Of a stretch of DNA of 64,000 nt, positions 10,640 through 21,670 are shown in pieces (the stretch's first letter is position 1; each line of letters begins with the position of its first letter). The stretch spans positions 32,887 through 96,886 of IMG/VR virus record IMGVR_UViG_3300043399_000633; one strand, written 5' to 3'. This DNA is from a virus. The position numbers and the translations under genes are program-made. Under the pieces are notes generated by a model, which saw only the letters and a list, made by a program, of their open reading frames with translations, was not told the DNA's origin and ran no database searches.

Positions 10640-11206
10640 ATGAAATTTGCTTATTTAAACCTTCCTAAGTTACCAGAAGAATATGTTCAGTTGTGTCTAG
10701 ACAAAGTACCATTGGCCTGGTCTGATCCAAAATTGATAGAACTAAACAAAAAAGAAGGTATAAGTCATAGCATATCATATCTACCCAGTGAAGTAATAGT
10801 TTGGTTGATGCGCAACATTGTTCCTCTTATTGATCCCGTAAATGAACATCCTGAACTAAGATCAAAAATGATGTTACATATCAATGAATACATAGAGCAT
10901 GAAGAAGGCAACGGTGTGCACCCTATGCATTTGGATTATGGTAGAAAATACGCATTTAACTATGTACTAACTCCAGGCGCAGATATATTACCTACTACGA
11001 CATGGTACGAAAACGATAAGAAAACGATTATAGAACAACATCAAATTGAAGCAAAACGTTGGCATATTATCGCAGTTAATCCAGTATGGCATGGGGTAAA
11101 GGGGCAAGAAAAAGACAAATTGAGAACAATAGTTAGTTTATGTTATGATCCTATAGATTTAAATACGTTCGACATACGACAACATTTTGGACATTTAATT
11201 CAATGA
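10640..11206 (+). CDS. 2OG-Fe(II) oxygenase-like protein
   Basis: HLD...WHGV...R. Confidence 0.55.
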   Translation: MKFAYLNLPKLPEEYVQLCLDKVPLAWSDPKLIELNKKEGISHSISYLPSEVIVWLMRNIVPLIDPVNEHPELRSKMMLHINEYIEHEEGNGVHPMHLDYGRKYAFNYVLTPGADILPTTTWYENDKKTIIEQHQIEAKRWHIIAVNPVWHGVKGQEKDKLRTIVSLCYDPIDLNTFDIRQHFGHLIQ

Positions 11207-11718
11207 GATACTACAAATTGAATACAGTTTCAACTGTAAGTAATCTGTTACTAGAGTACACTATCCATTCTAAAGAATGGGAAAACAAAAACAGTTTTGA
11301 TCTTATCACAGTGCCCTACGAGTTGATTAAAACTGATATTACTCTAGACTACTTTTATCGTATATTAAAGGCATATCCAGTAATACTTAGGATGGAGCCA
11401 TATAGTTTCTATAGGTTTCATATTGACGAAAAGCGTAAATGTGCAATAAACATGTTACTAGATGGATTTGACAGTCACTGTTATTTTGCCGATCCCACAG
11501 ACTCTGAAGATGTGTTCAACAATGTTGAAGAATTAGTATATGAGCCTAATACGTATTACTTATTGAACACTACAAAGAAACATGCAGTGATGAATCGTAG
11601 TAAAACGAGATACATGTTTAGTATGGGTACTACTGCCCTCGATCATTCAATAGTTATGAATTTTTATGAAAAACTTCACTCTGCTTTAATTGACACCCAA
11701 TCGAAATCCCAATCGTAA
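11203..11718 (+). CDS. 2OG-Fe(II) oxygenase-like protein
   Basis: HID...NT..KHAV.N...R. Confidence 0.6.
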   Translation: MRYYKLNTVSTVSNLLLEYTIHSKEWENKNSFDLITVPYELIKTDITLDYFYRILKAYPVILRMEPYSFYRFHIDEKRKCAINMLLDGFDSHCYFADPTDSEDVFNNVEELVYEPNTYYLLNTTKKHAVMNRSKTRYMFSMGTTALDHSIVMNFYEKLHSALIDTQSKSQS

Positions 11719-12278
11719 AATTTTTCATAGATTCCCCATTGTTTCGTATGCTGTATAATTATAGGGAAATCAATTTCTAACAAACCGTTATAAAACAAAT
11801 GATGCGGTTGTCTGGTAGAAATGCGATCATACATTTCACCCAATCTTCTACGTTTAAATACTTGAATTAGATTTTTGTTGTAGTCATTGAATGACAACAT
11901 CATCAATTTCATTTGATTTTGTATAGCCCAACGTTTACATGAAGGTAGTAAACTTTCTCTGAGAATGGACAAATGTCTATACTTTTCGTCAGTCCATGTT
12001 CTCACTCCTCCTATTGCTACATAGTTATTAAACTCACTCCTATACACTCCACCGCATGCTATAATTTTTGAATCTTCGAATAAGATTTGGTATTCACCGT
12101 TGATTCCATTAAAACGATCAGTTTTTTCTAGTATATACGGCAATGTGTGCTTTTCTTTTGGCCAGTCATCGTTCCACATATTTTGATATGATAATCTATT
12201 AGACGATATTTCCTTAAGGTACTTGAAAAAAGTTACTCTTTCGGGCTCTGACAATAAATGATACGTTTTAAATTCCAT
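11676..12278 (-). CDS. GNAT-like acetyltransferase
   Basis: IIACGGV, RTW...YR segments. Confidence 0.45.
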   Translation of the reverse strand: MEFKTYHLLSEPERVTFFKYLKEISSNRLSYQNMWNDDWPKEKHTLPYILEKTDRFNGINGEYQILFEDSKIIACGGVYRSEFNNYVAIGGVRTWTDEKYRHLSILRESLLPSCKRWAIQNQMKLMMLSFNDYNKNLIQVFKRRRLGEMYDRISTRQPHHLFYNGLLEIDFPIIIQHTKQWGIYEKFYDWDFDWVSIKAE

Positions 12279-12799
12279 TATGAAATGTCGGTATTGAACA
12301 ACTTATTCTTAGAATGTAAATCCATTAGTTCAGTGTATGTATGTGTTTTTATCCCTATACTTAACATGATTCTATGTGAATTAGTAGTTTTATTCATTAC
12401 TGAGTGAGGTTCAGACACATTTAGAATAGTAAATTGATTTTTTACGTAGTTAACTACATGCTGGTTGAATTTTTTTTCTCGAAGATTTATTTCATATACT
12501 GACGTTATAAAGTTTTCATTTGGCTCAACCATTAACATGTTTAAAGCCACTATCCTAAAAGTATCTTTATGAGTAGGATATTGTGACTTGGGGAAATTTT
12601 TTAAGAATCCGGCATCCGATATCGGGACGTTGATAAATTTGGTAAAAAAACTTTTCAGAAAGGGACTTACGTCGCAACGAAATACCGGTGGCACTGCAGG
12701 GCTCCAATAGTAATTTTTTTCTACTTGCGATTCTAAGTACAGTTGATCCAATATTTTTTCAGGTTGGATTCCGGTATTGTAAAACAAATTGGAAGTCAT
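12278..12799 (-). CDS. 2OG-Fe(II) oxygenase-like protein
   Basis: HKD...PHSV.N...R. Confidence 0.6.
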   Translation of the reverse strand: MTSNLFYNTGIQPEKILDQLYLESQVEKNYYWSPAVPPVFRCDVSPFLKSFFTKFINVPISDAGFLKNFPKSQYPTHKDTFRIVALNMLMVEPNENFITSVYEINLREKKFNQHVVNYVKNQFTILNVSEPHSVMNKTTNSHRIMLSIGIKTHTYTELMDLHSKNKLFNTDIS

Positions 12800-12803
12800 C
12801 TTT

Positions 12804-12815
12804 TATTTATAAATA
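12804..12815. promoter_or_regulatory. Bidirectional T4-like late promoter
   Basis: Palindrome TATTTATAAATA gives TATAAATA on both strands between divergent genes; TAAATA also precedes many other genes. Confidence 0.6.
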
Positions 12816-12819
12816 CATA

Positions 12820-13371
12820 ATGATTTACTATCAAAAATTAGATATTGAAAATTTTGAAGTAATAATAGATGAAATTTTGAGATTTGCTGCTCCTAAGATT
12901 CCTCTGACTCAGAGGTATTTGGATGCAAATCCATTAGATATTTATAGATACACACCAAAATTATTTTGTTTTCTTCGTGAAAATTTTCACAAATTTCCTA
13001 TACTATTTAGGTTCTATAATAGCCCTCCGTATTACCAAATGCCACCTCATATTGACAATCATCCGGAAGCTGAGAATAAAATTGGGTTTAACATTCCATT
13101 GCTAGGTACAAAAGACACCACGATGAATTACTATTCAACCCCGGATGACAATTTAAGACTCACGTATACAGGATTTGCTAACATGCCAGCGCAAACGTTG
13201 AAAGACTATAGTAAACTAACCCTTTTAGCTAGCTTTGAACTTGATAAACCTACATTAGTCAGAACAGATATAATTCATGACATCGTTAATCAAAAAGATT
13301 CAAACAGACTGATTTTGGGTATGAAATGTTTAGGCACTACCTTCGAAGAAGTATATAAATTTAAATCATGA
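12820..13371 (+). CDS. 2OG-Fe(II) oxygenase-like protein
   Basis: HID...HDI.N...R; ATG just after late promoter. Confidence 0.6.
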   Translation: MIYYQKLDIENFEVIIDEILRFAAPKIPLTQRYLDANPLDIYRYTPKLFCFLRENFHKFPILFRFYNSPPYYQMPPHIDNHPEAENKIGFNIPLLGTKDTTMNYYSTPDDNLRLTYTGFANMPAQTLKDYSKLTLLASFELDKPTLVRTDIIHDIVNQKDSNRLILGMKCLGTTFEEVYKFKS

Positions 13372-14132
13372 ATAACTATTTTTCAGCCACTCCAAAGTCT
13401 TTATTTATCCTACAACTAGTTTCGATGATGATACTAGTATTAGGAACTCCCCATGTAGATTTAAATTGGGTATACGTTATTTTATCTGTCATATTTTTTT
13501 ATTTATACAGTATCATAGGCGTAAGTATGATGTTACACCGATATTATAGTCACAAAAGTTTTAATCTCAATTTTTATCTTAAATGGGTATTGACTATTTT
13601 TGCATTACTGGCGAGCCGTGGAAGTCCATTGGGTTGGGTATATATACATAGAATTCACCACGCTACTAGTGATACTGAAAAAGATCCACATAGCCCACAT
13701 TGTGACAATTTCAGGTTTATAGGGTTCAGCCCAAATTATGACGATACCAAAAAAATAAACTATTTTATCGTCAAAGACCTATTAACACCTGCGCACATAA
13801 ACATTGACAAATATTACATGTTAATCATAATTGGATTCTTGCTAATGTTGGGTTTGATAAACTACAATCTAGTAGTTTACATATGGGCATTGCCTGTGCT
13901 TATGGTTAGCATAAGTCAAACAGCATTTAATTATTTTGCACACATGCACGGTTATAGAAATTTTGAGACCAGAGATCGTAGTACAAACAATGTTTACTTG
14001 TGGCCATTTATACTAGGTGATGCCTGGCATAATAATCATCATGCTCATGCAGAAAAATTGTCTACTAAAGTAAAACCATATGAACTAGATCCATTGGCTA
14101 GTATAATTACTTGGTTCAAGCTTGATAAATAA
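13368..14132 (+). CDS. Membrane fatty-acid desaturase (delta-9-like)
   Basis: His boxes HRYYSH, HRIHH, WHNNHH; TM helices. Confidence 0.9.
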   Translation: MNNYFSATPKSLFILQLVSMMILVLGTPHVDLNWVYVILSVIFFYLYSIIGVSMMLHRYYSHKSFNLNFYLKWVLTIFALLASRGSPLGWVYIHRIHHATSDTEKDPHSPHCDNFRFIGFSPNYDDTKKINYFIVKDLLTPAHINIDKYYMLIIIGFLLMLGLINYNLVVYIWALPVLMVSISQTAFNYFAHMHGYRNFETRDRSTNNVYLWPFILGDAWHNNHHAHAEKLSTKVKPYELDPLASIITWFKLDK

Positions 14133-14136
14133 CATC

Positions 14137-14910
14137 ATGATAAAATATATGGCCAGCAGCACAAAAGGTGCACAACTGTTTCAAATTACTGCATTAGTGG
14201 GTACCCTTATAGCGATTGCATTATATGGGCTATCGATTCAGTCTATATTGCTAATACTATTGGGTTACTTCCTATACGGTTGTCTGGGAATAGTAATAAC
14301 ATTTCATCGATACTTAACTCACAGAAGTTATGAAACTCATCCATGGCTAATAAAGATTTTTAGCCTATTGGGTTGTTTTTCGGTTACCGGTAGTCCATTA
14401 GCTTGGGTAGCGATACATATCAATCATCATTTAAAGAGTGACAAACCCGATGATCCGCATAGCCCATTATACAAGGGTTGGAAAATTTTCACACTTGATT
14501 ATGTCACACAAGTAGATAAAGATACTAAATGGCGAATGCGTGGACTAGTAACTGACAAGTATCAACAGTTTTTGCACCGTTATTACTTTCTACTAAACCT
14601 GTTGTATAGTTTAATGTTGTTTTTGATAGGTGGATTTTATCTTATGGTTTTCCTACACTGGGCTCCTGCTATAGTTACTGCGTTAATGAGCAACGTTGTA
14701 AACTATGTAGGGCATAAACCAAATTGGATCGGTGGATTCAGAACTTACAATTTACAAGATCAAAGCTCCAACAACTGGATATGGGCGATTCCTAGTTGGG
14801 GCGAGTCATGGCACAACAATCATCATAGATATCCTAAACGTTCATTTTTTGGAGAAAAATGGTATCAATTAGATATATCTGGTCTAATAATCAAACTTAT
14901 TAAACAGTAA
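14137..14910 (+). CDS. Membrane fatty-acid desaturase (delta-9-like)
   Basis: HRYLTH, HINHH, GESWHNNHH. Confidence 0.9.
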   Translation: MIKYMASSTKGAQLFQITALVGTLIAIALYGLSIQSILLILLGYFLYGCLGIVITFHRYLTHRSYETHPWLIKIFSLLGCFSVTGSPLAWVAIHINHHLKSDKPDDPHSPLYKGWKIFTLDYVTQVDKDTKWRMRGLVTDKYQQFLHRYYFLLNLLYSLMLFLIGGFYLMVFLHWAPAIVTALMSNVVNYVGHKPNWIGGFRTYNLQDQSSNNWIWAIPSWGESWHNNHHRYPKRSFFGEKWYQLDISGLIIKLIKQ

Positions 14911-14934
14911 TACTGTAAAACAAAACTCAATTCT

Positions 14935-15750
14935 ATGTTTTTAGCTCATAAAAATTCCATTGGACAAAATTCTTATCATGTGTTGAATCAATATGATAAG
15001 AAAAAAGTCCTTGTCAAATCAGAAAACTTTTCTCTAGTATCAAACATATGTCCACACCAACAAAGTTTACTATCTGTAAAAAATGGAACAGGTAATCGAG
15101 TGTGTCCTTACCATAATTGGTCATTCACTATAGGTGGAAGTCCTATTACTAGCGGAAGAACTGGGTACTATTGTCAAAACAATACTGCATTAAAAACAGA
15201 ACAAGTTTATGAATGGAATAGTTTATTGTTTTCCACCGACGTCGATTTTAAATGTGACCACGATTTTAGTAAATTGATATTGATGGAACATAGGATCGAC
15301 AGTGTAAAAGCAGATTATAGAAACATTATGGACTTGTTTCTAGATGTAGATCATATTCCTACTGTACACGCAGGTGTTTATGATATGATAGGTATAACTG
15401 ATACTAACGTGAATTGGCAATTCTATCATAACGGTAGTATTCAAACTGTAGCCCAAGGCGCGTCTTGGATTGCATTGTATCCAAATACTATGATTGAATG
15501 GCAAAAGGGTTCACTTTTTGTTACCGTTGCATTACCGATTGACAATAATTTGTCAAAAGTTTGTGTCTATAAATATATGGATTACACCTATTCCACATTG
15601 TGGAATATAAACGAAAAAGTCTGGGAAACTGCTTGGGCTCAAGACAAAGCACAAGCCGAATTGATAACTAAGTTTTCAGAAAACTTAAGCAACTTAGAGC
15701 CCCAAAAAATACACTACAGAGATTTTTTACGATCACATGGAACTAATTAA
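14935..15750 (+). CDS. Rieske [2Fe-2S] oxygenase alpha subunit-like
   Basis: CPH...CPYH; D..HI..VH mononuclear Fe site. Confidence 0.85.
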   Translation: MFLAHKNSIGQNSYHVLNQYDKKKVLVKSENFSLVSNICPHQQSLLSVKNGTGNRVCPYHNWSFTIGGSPITSGRTGYYCQNNTALKTEQVYEWNSLLFSTDVDFKCDHDFSKLILMEHRIDSVKADYRNIMDLFLDVDHIPTVHAGVYDMIGITDTNVNWQFYHNGSIQTVAQGASWIALYPNTMIEWQKGSLFVTVALPIDNNLSKVCVYKYMDYTYSTLWNINEKVWETAWAQDKAQAELITKFSENLSNLEPQKIHYRDFLRSHGTN

Positions 15751-16645
15751 AGATAACTATTTATATGGTACTGGGCACGGTGATACGTGGCATGTAAATA
15801 TTGATCCACCAAAAAGACAAGTAAAAACCTATTTTGAAGAAACGCTAGAAGCAGTTGAATATGTATATGCTAATAAAACTGGAAAATTTCAAGTACTTTA
15901 CAGTGGTGGTATAGATAGTCAGTATGTCTGTGAAGTTTTGCTGCATTTGGGTATAGTGTTTGATCCTGTAATTATTGAATTGAAAAACTCAAATGGTGAG
16001 GTACTTAATATGCATGATATAAAATATGCATATGAGTTTTGCCAATCTAAAAATTTAACCCCGACAATTTATGATTTTGATTTTACTAAATTTTTGGATA
16101 GCGGAAAAAATGTTGAAATCGCTGAATCCGTGACATGTTGTTCATTTGCATTACCTGCAACTATGTATGTTGCTAGTCAATTAGACGGATTTACTTTGTT
16201 AGGAAATGATCCTCCCTACATGAGATTAGAACCAAACAATGTTTGGGTTTTAGAAGAATTAGAGTACATTCATAGTCTATTAAGATTTTATAAAAAATAT
16301 AAAGTTAACGGATGTCCGTTTTTACTATCATATACCCCCGAAATGATGTTATCGTTTCTGATGGACCCCAGTATTGTTGCATTGGGTACTGGTAAGATGC
16401 CAGGCAAGAAAGGCACAAACTCTACGAAGGCACAAGTTTTTAACAATGGCTCTAATTTTAATATACCTTCGTATGATTTTGTATCTAAAACACGTGTTAA
16501 ACAAACCGGGTATGAACAAATCTATCATTCAGAATTGCGCGAACATCCTAATATGAAAATATTTGAGGAGTTCAAAACTAAATGGAACGGAGAATATCTA
16601 GAACCATATGTTGATGTAGTGAAACGTTTATCGGTAAACCAATGA
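15737..16645 (+). CDS. PP-loop (adenine nucleotide alpha hydrolase) protein
   Basis: LYSGGIDS. Confidence 0.7.
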   Translation: MELIKDNYLYGTGHGDTWHVNIDPPKRQVKTYFEETLEAVEYVYANKTGKFQVLYSGGIDSQYVCEVLLHLGIVFDPVIIELKNSNGEVLNMHDIKYAYEFCQSKNLTPTIYDFDFTKFLDSGKNVEIAESVTCCSFALPATMYVASQLDGFTLLGNDPPYMRLEPNNVWVLEELEYIHSLLRFYKKYKVNGCPFLLSYTPEMMLSFLMDPSIVALGTGKMPGKKGTNSTKAQVFNNGSNFNIPSYDFVSKTRVKQTGYEQIYHSELREHPNMKIFEEFKTKWNGEYLEPYVDVVKRLSVNQ

Positions 16646-17079
16646 ATCATTTAGAAATCTTAGACACATACAAAAATTATCAATACGTGTACATGGACAA
16701 TTGCGAAGAATTGTCTAAAGAATATGACAGAATGTATGGTATCATTAAAGCTAGTGGTCATGCATTGGCTTCAGACGCATGGCCACTAGATGGTGGAATC
16801 TTATTGAAAAATGACAACGAAGTCATTGCCGGCGCATTCTTTAACTTATCTAAAAGTCGTGGATCACTATTAATACATATTATCTTTGTTGAAGAACAAC
16901 ATAGAAAACAAGGTATATACATTAAAATGCATTCTTTGATAGACCAAATTGGTAAAAAATTGGATCGTTCATCTATCTATTCATATATACACGCAGATAA
17001 TGAAGTTATGCAAAACCATATCATTACAAAAGTAGGATACAAAACAGTTATGCAATTGGTAAAAAGAGAAATCAAATGA
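16642..17079 (+). CDS. GNAT acetyltransferase
   Basis: FV...HRKQGIY motif A. Confidence 0.75.
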   Translation: MNHLEILDTYKNYQYVYMDNCEELSKEYDRMYGIIKASGHALASDAWPLDGGILLKNDNEVIAGAFFNLSKSRGSLLIHIIFVEEQHRKQGIYIKMHSLIDQIGKKLDRSSIYSYIHADNEVMQNHIITKVGYKTVMQLVKREIK

Positions 17080-17588
17080 CTGATGAACTATTTTATAAAA
17101 TAGAGCAAGATGTAATTTTCTTAGACAAAGTGCGAGAATTTGCATCTACTGCTGAGTGGAAATGGGTACCATTCATGCATATCTCTCCCAACTTTCAAAA
17201 AACTTTGGGATTAGAATTGACCAAGCAAGATTCTTTATTAAGCAAATTGCAAAACAAATTTAACAGTACATTGCGTTTATATATGTTTCCTAGCATGACA
17301 GTATATAATTGGCACAGAGATGCTGAAATGGGATGCTCATTAAATCTAGTTATGGAAGACTATGACTCACATACCTTGTTTAACCCAAGCGACAACAAAG
17401 AAATTATAGATAATGTGATTGAATTAAAATATGAAAAAAACAAATGGCATTTATTCAACTCGCAGATTTTACATACTGTTTTGAATTTGGGATCTAATAA
17501 TAGAATATTATTGACTGTTACGTTCCCCAAACAAGTTAAATATCAAGAAGTACTTGAATATCTTAAAATAGAAGGATTAGTACCATGA
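17076..17588 (+). CDS. 2OG-Fe(II) oxygenase-like protein
   Basis: WHRD...HTV.N...R. Confidence 0.6.
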   Translation: MTDELFYKIEQDVIFLDKVREFASTAEWKWVPFMHISPNFQKTLGLELTKQDSLLSKLQNKFNSTLRLYMFPSMTVYNWHRDAEMGCSLNLVMEDYDSHTLFNPSDNKEIIDNVIELKYEKNKWHLFNSQILHTVLNLGSNNRILLTVTFPKQVKYQEVLEYLKIEGLVP

Positions 17589-18811
17589 ATACTAAATTAG
17601 GTTATTACAAAGTAGGTCACCATGTATTCTACAACAAGCTACAAGCTATATTGTACGCCAATCCTAGTAAAGCAGACATCACCTGGCATTTTAACAATGA
17701 AATATTCGACAGTTATGATTGGACTAATGAACCTCCTATGTCTTTAGACATTATTTACGCAGAACGTGCTAAACAGATAAGAGAACAGTTTGACTACCTT
17801 ATAATTATGGCTAGCGGCGGCGCGGATAGTACTAATGTCATCTACAGTTTTTTAAACAATAATATTATTGTTGATGAAATTATTGCAGCCGCGCCAATGA
17901 GCGGTTTAAAAAATTGGCATATTGATCTATCCGACAAGTCTGCAAATAATACTGTTACAGAAACACTAGTAACGCAGCTTCCTTTAATGGATAAAATATC
18001 CAAAACACATCCCGGCATAAAATTAACACTGCATGATTATTTTGATGACATTCTTAAGATGAAAACTGATGAATGGATTTATGAATCATCTGCACATTGG
18101 ATTCATTTTTCAGGATCAACACGACATTCACTAGATAAGTTTTCACATATTAAAGATATGGCTGAGGCAGGTAAAAGGATAGGTGTTATATATGGAATAG
18201 ACAAGCCCATTATATGCAGAGCAGAATCAGGTAACTTGTATACGGTAGTAATGGATCCGGTTGTCAACGTAGTGACACCGCATTTTAAAGATAGATACCC
18301 CAATGTCGAATCTGTGTTGTTTTATTATTCTCCCGACATGCCAGAACTGATGATCAAACAGGCTCATGAAGTATGCAGGTGGATATATCGACCTGAAAAC
18401 TCCTACGCCAAATCTGTGTTATGGGATAAATCAAAATCATTCGAATTCAATACTAATATCGAGAGAGGAAGTAACTGGCAACGTGCTATAATTCCTTGTA
18501 TTTACCCTTCTATCAGAAGTCAACACGGTGTTTGGCAAGCAGCAAAACAGGGATTAGGATTTAGAGGTGGGTTTCAATTAGATCAATGGATATTAAAATT
18601 ATATGGACAGGAAAAATTTGTACAAATGGTTGAAAGCGACTTGAAACTGTTTATTAAAAAAATAGATATGAAATATATAATTAGCGACAACAAAGCGGAC
18701 GGATTTATTCGCTTTTACCACTATTGGAAAATTGGTCATGAGCGTGAATTTTATCCCACATCGATAGACGATATAAATATCAACTATGCTAACTTTAAGG
18801 AAAAGATATGA
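17585..18811 (+). CDS. PP-loop (adenine nucleotide alpha hydrolase) protein
   Basis: SGGADS, GIDKP. Confidence 0.75.
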   Translation: MNTKLGYYKVGHHVFYNKLQAILYANPSKADITWHFNNEIFDSYDWTNEPPMSLDIIYAERAKQIREQFDYLIIMASGGADSTNVIYSFLNNNIIVDEIIAAAPMSGLKNWHIDLSDKSANNTVTETLVTQLPLMDKISKTHPGIKLTLHDYFDDILKMKTDEWIYESSAHWIHFSGSTRHSLDKFSHIKDMAEAGKRIGVIYGIDKPIICRAESGNLYTVVMDPVVNVVTPHFKDRYPNVESVLFYYSPDMPELMIKQAHEVCRWIYRPENSYAKSVLWDKSKSFEFNTNIERGSNWQRAIIPCIYPSIRSQHGVWQAAKQGLGFRGGFQLDQWILKLYGQEKFVQMVESDLKLFIKKIDMKYIISDNKADGFIRFYHYWKIGHEREFYPTSIDDININYANFKEKI

Positions 18812-19701
18812 AAAAAATATTGGCACTAATGGCTTTGATGATAGGATCTATTGCTAATGCAGGAATAACTGTTCCAGTATACTGGCCGTTTGCGGCCGGC
18901 AGCTCGCAAGCAAACATGGTTAGATCAATGATCGATAACGCAAATACACAGCAAAATAAATATCAGTTTATATTTGTACACAAACCCGGTGCAGGAGGCT
19001 CAGTAGCAGCTAACTCTGTTTTGGAATCAAAAGATTTAGCTATTCTAGCGTCTACCAGTAGTTTCTATATTAGACCAATGTTGTTTAAAGAAAGTCACAA
19101 CATAGATGATTTTAATATGGTTTCTTTAGTTTGTACTGCTCAACCGTTGGCTATATACTCTAAGAAGATTAGTCGCCTTTCAGATGTTCAGGGCAGAGAA
19201 ATTTCGTTAGGTGTCATTCCCGGCTCTATCACTACATTAGTTACGAGAGCAATCAAACGAGAGAATCCAGACATTAGAATATTAGAGGTGCCATACAAAG
19301 GAACACCAGAAGCTACAAGTGACATGTTGGGAGGACATATCGACGGAAGTGTTGATTTTATTGGTACTTCAGTGACTGCACGATTTAGTAATGATATTAA
19401 AGTTTTAGGCATTACGGGTAGAAGAAACATAAACAATTATCCTACCTTTCAGTCATTAAAAGTTAATGGACTAGAAAATATTACGAATGACTATTTTTAT
19501 TTTGTTAGTAAATCAATAGATAGGTCAACTAGACAGGAATTAAATAGAATTTTAAACAATGCTTACACTGAAAGAACAAAGTTTTTATGTGAAGATGATT
19601 TCGGGGAACTAGTTAAATCCCCGTTCAATCAAATAGACATCATACATCAGGCTAATAAGTCCCGTTGGGAAAAGTTAACAGATGGGTTCAATAAAGAGTA
19701 A
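18808..19701 (+). CDS. Bug/TctC solute-binding protein
   Basis: Signal peptide, PFAAG, KPGAGG, VPYKG. Confidence 0.85.
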   Translation: MKKILALMALMIGSIANAGITVPVYWPFAAGSSQANMVRSMIDNANTQQNKYQFIFVHKPGAGGSVAANSVLESKDLAILASTSSFYIRPMLFKESHNIDDFNMVSLVCTAQPLAIYSKKISRLSDVQGREISLGVIPGSITTLVTRAIKRENPDIRILEVPYKGTPEATSDMLGGHIDGSVDFIGTSVTARFSNDIKVLGITGRRNINNYPTFQSLKVNGLENITNDYFYFVSKSIDRSTRQELNRILNNAYTERTKFLCEDDFGELVKSPFNQIDIIHQANKSRWEKLTDGFNKE

Positions 19702-19734
19702 TAAATACTACAATAACCTAGAGGAGTAAAGAAA

Positions 19735-20019
19735 ATGCCAATAGAAATAACATTAGTTTTTATTAGACCTTCTGCGGCAGTGCCGTGGTTTCATGAAACA
19801 TGGCCCCCTTCGCATGCAGAGTACATTAAAACTCATTATAAAGATACTGGAAAATTTGAAGGGTCAAGTGAACAAATCGGCGAAACAACACTAATTAACA
19901 CTTTTCGTTTTGCTAGTCCGGAAGCTATGGAAGAATTCATCAGTGATCCTTATTTAGTATCGATGAAAGAAGCTAGAGATATCTATAACCGTACTAATAA
20001 TATAGAACTATTGGGGTAA
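19735..20019 (+). CDS. Small hypothetical protein
   Basis: GAGGAG RBS, upstream TAAATA. Confidence 0.7.
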   Translation: MPIEITLVFIRPSAAVPWFHETWPPSHAEYIKTHYKDTGKFEGSSEQIGETTLINTFRFASPEAMEEFISDPYLVSMKEARDIYNRTNNIELLG

Positions 20020-20041
20020 TATGGACGTCATTTTGAGTTGA

Positions 20042-21670
20042 TTAAATACTACTATATAGTTCCGTATTGACAAATTCTAAATTTTTTTTAGTCCACTCAT
20101 ATACCGAAATTAATCTATTTGATTCTAACATACCTATACTACTAAACTTTTGATAGTATAAGTAACTACAATCGATTAAGTTTTGTACTTTATGTTTATT
20201 TTTAAATAGATTTCTTTCAGTGTTGTATGTGACCTGGTATGAATTTCTACTGTTGTAGATGTAAAATAATATCATTCCTTCATACCATTCACGTTCATTC
20301 ATTGAATATGTGCTCACTACAGCTTTGGGTATTACCCAATTTTTTTGAATTTGATTATTAAATGCTTCTCCATGTCCTACGATTTCTATTTTTTTAATTA
20401 CTAATTTAAATTTGTCAATATAAGACTGATTTGCGGCAGGGGTATTAGGTAAAATTTCAAATGGCAAATGGTGAGCAAACATGTCCAACGTACCTGCTTC
20501 TGCCATATTATTCTCTAAATTTTTCAATGTTTGTCCTGGTAACCCCCAAATAAAAGTAAGTCTATTGGTATATTTTATGTGTGAAATATTCCCATACTTG
20601 TTTTTAATATTAATAATTAACTGTTTGTGGTCTGGCCACGGTACCTCTGGTCTGTTGATATTTTCGAGTACAGTTTTATCTAAATCTTGAAGATCAAATT
20701 TATATCCTTTAGTGACTTCGGCTTCTATCATCTTATCAAGTAAATAGAATACTTTTTGCTTATTCAATTTACTCCACTGGGGATTGAAAATCTCAGGACC
20801 TTTATTGTTATTATTTATTTTTTTCTCGCACCAATACTCTATGATGTGTTCGTCTTGAGGCGTTAATCCAACGTTTGGATTAGTCCAATACACAAAAGAT
20901 AAATTCCATTCAAAAAAAAGGTCTATTTCTTTTCTCCATAATGGTTCTAATTCATCCTTACCCCATATTCTTACTTTGTTGTGTAACCCGGAACTCCAAT
21001 CACAAAAACTACATGCATATGGGCATCCTTTTGTCGTTTCCCAAACTATTAGTAATTTGTGATCAATATTATCTACGGGAAAATAGGTTTTAAAATACTC
21101 TTTAATATCTTCCAAAAAAGAGAAAATTTCATTCTTATATTCAATATAAGGACTCTTACTAAGTGTTTTTTTATTAACGAACACCTCATGAGGGTAAACT
21201 GTTGTACTATCAGCCGCATTTATAAGTTTTACATCATGCCCGGCTAAAAAATCTAGTATTTTAGTAAATGCATCTTCACCGTCACCGTATACGGCAAAAT
21301 CTATGTAATAGTTATCTACAAAAAAACTTGAATTTTTATGAGCATCTATCTCGGGTCCTCCCACAATGATTATTAAATTCTCAAATAGTGACTTTAACTG
21401 TTTTGCTAGACTAAAGAAAAATTCACGATTCCATACATAAACACTAAATGCTAAAATGTCAATTTTTTCTTTGATAATCAGATCAGTTAGTATTTTTAAA
21501 TTGTCTTCAATATGATTCAGTAAAAACAATGGAGAAGTCCAAATATATTGATTTTTAGATAACCCCGTTGTTTGATGATTTATTTTCAAAAACCAATGTA
21601 TTGGTGACACATAATACTGAAGCGTCGCCGGACATGAGCTTGTAATTGTTTTTATTTTTTTCATGATCAA
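20042..21670 (-). CDS. Cobalamin-binding radical SAM protein
   Basis: FSVYVWN, GGPE, GDGE, KGCPYACSFC, GLPG. Confidence 0.9.
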   Translation of the reverse strand: MIMKKIKTITSSCPATLQYYVSPIHWFLKINHQTTGLSKNQYIWTSPLFLLNHIEDNLKILTDLIIKEKIDILAFSVYVWNREFFFSLAKQLKSLFENLIIIVGGPEIDAHKNSSFFVDNYYIDFAVYGDGEDAFTKILDFLAGHDVKLINAADSTTVYPHEVFVNKKTLSKSPYIEYKNEIFSFLEDIKEYFKTYFPVDNIDHKLLIVWETTKGCPYACSFCDWSSGLHNKVRIWGKDELEPLWRKEIDLFFEWNLSFVYWTNPNVGLTPQDEHIIEYWCEKKINNNNKGPEIFNPQWSKLNKQKVFYLLDKMIEAEVTKGYKFDLQDLDKTVLENINRPEVPWPDHKQLIINIKNKYGNISHIKYTNRLTFIWGLPGQTLKNLENNMAEAGTLDMFAHHLPFEILPNTPAANQSYIDKFKLVIKKIEIVGHGEAFNNQIQKNWVIPKAVVSTYSMNEREWYEGMILFYIYNSRNSYQVTYNTERNLFKNKHKVQNLIDCSYLYYQKFSSIGMLESNRLISVYEWTKKNLEFVNTELYSSI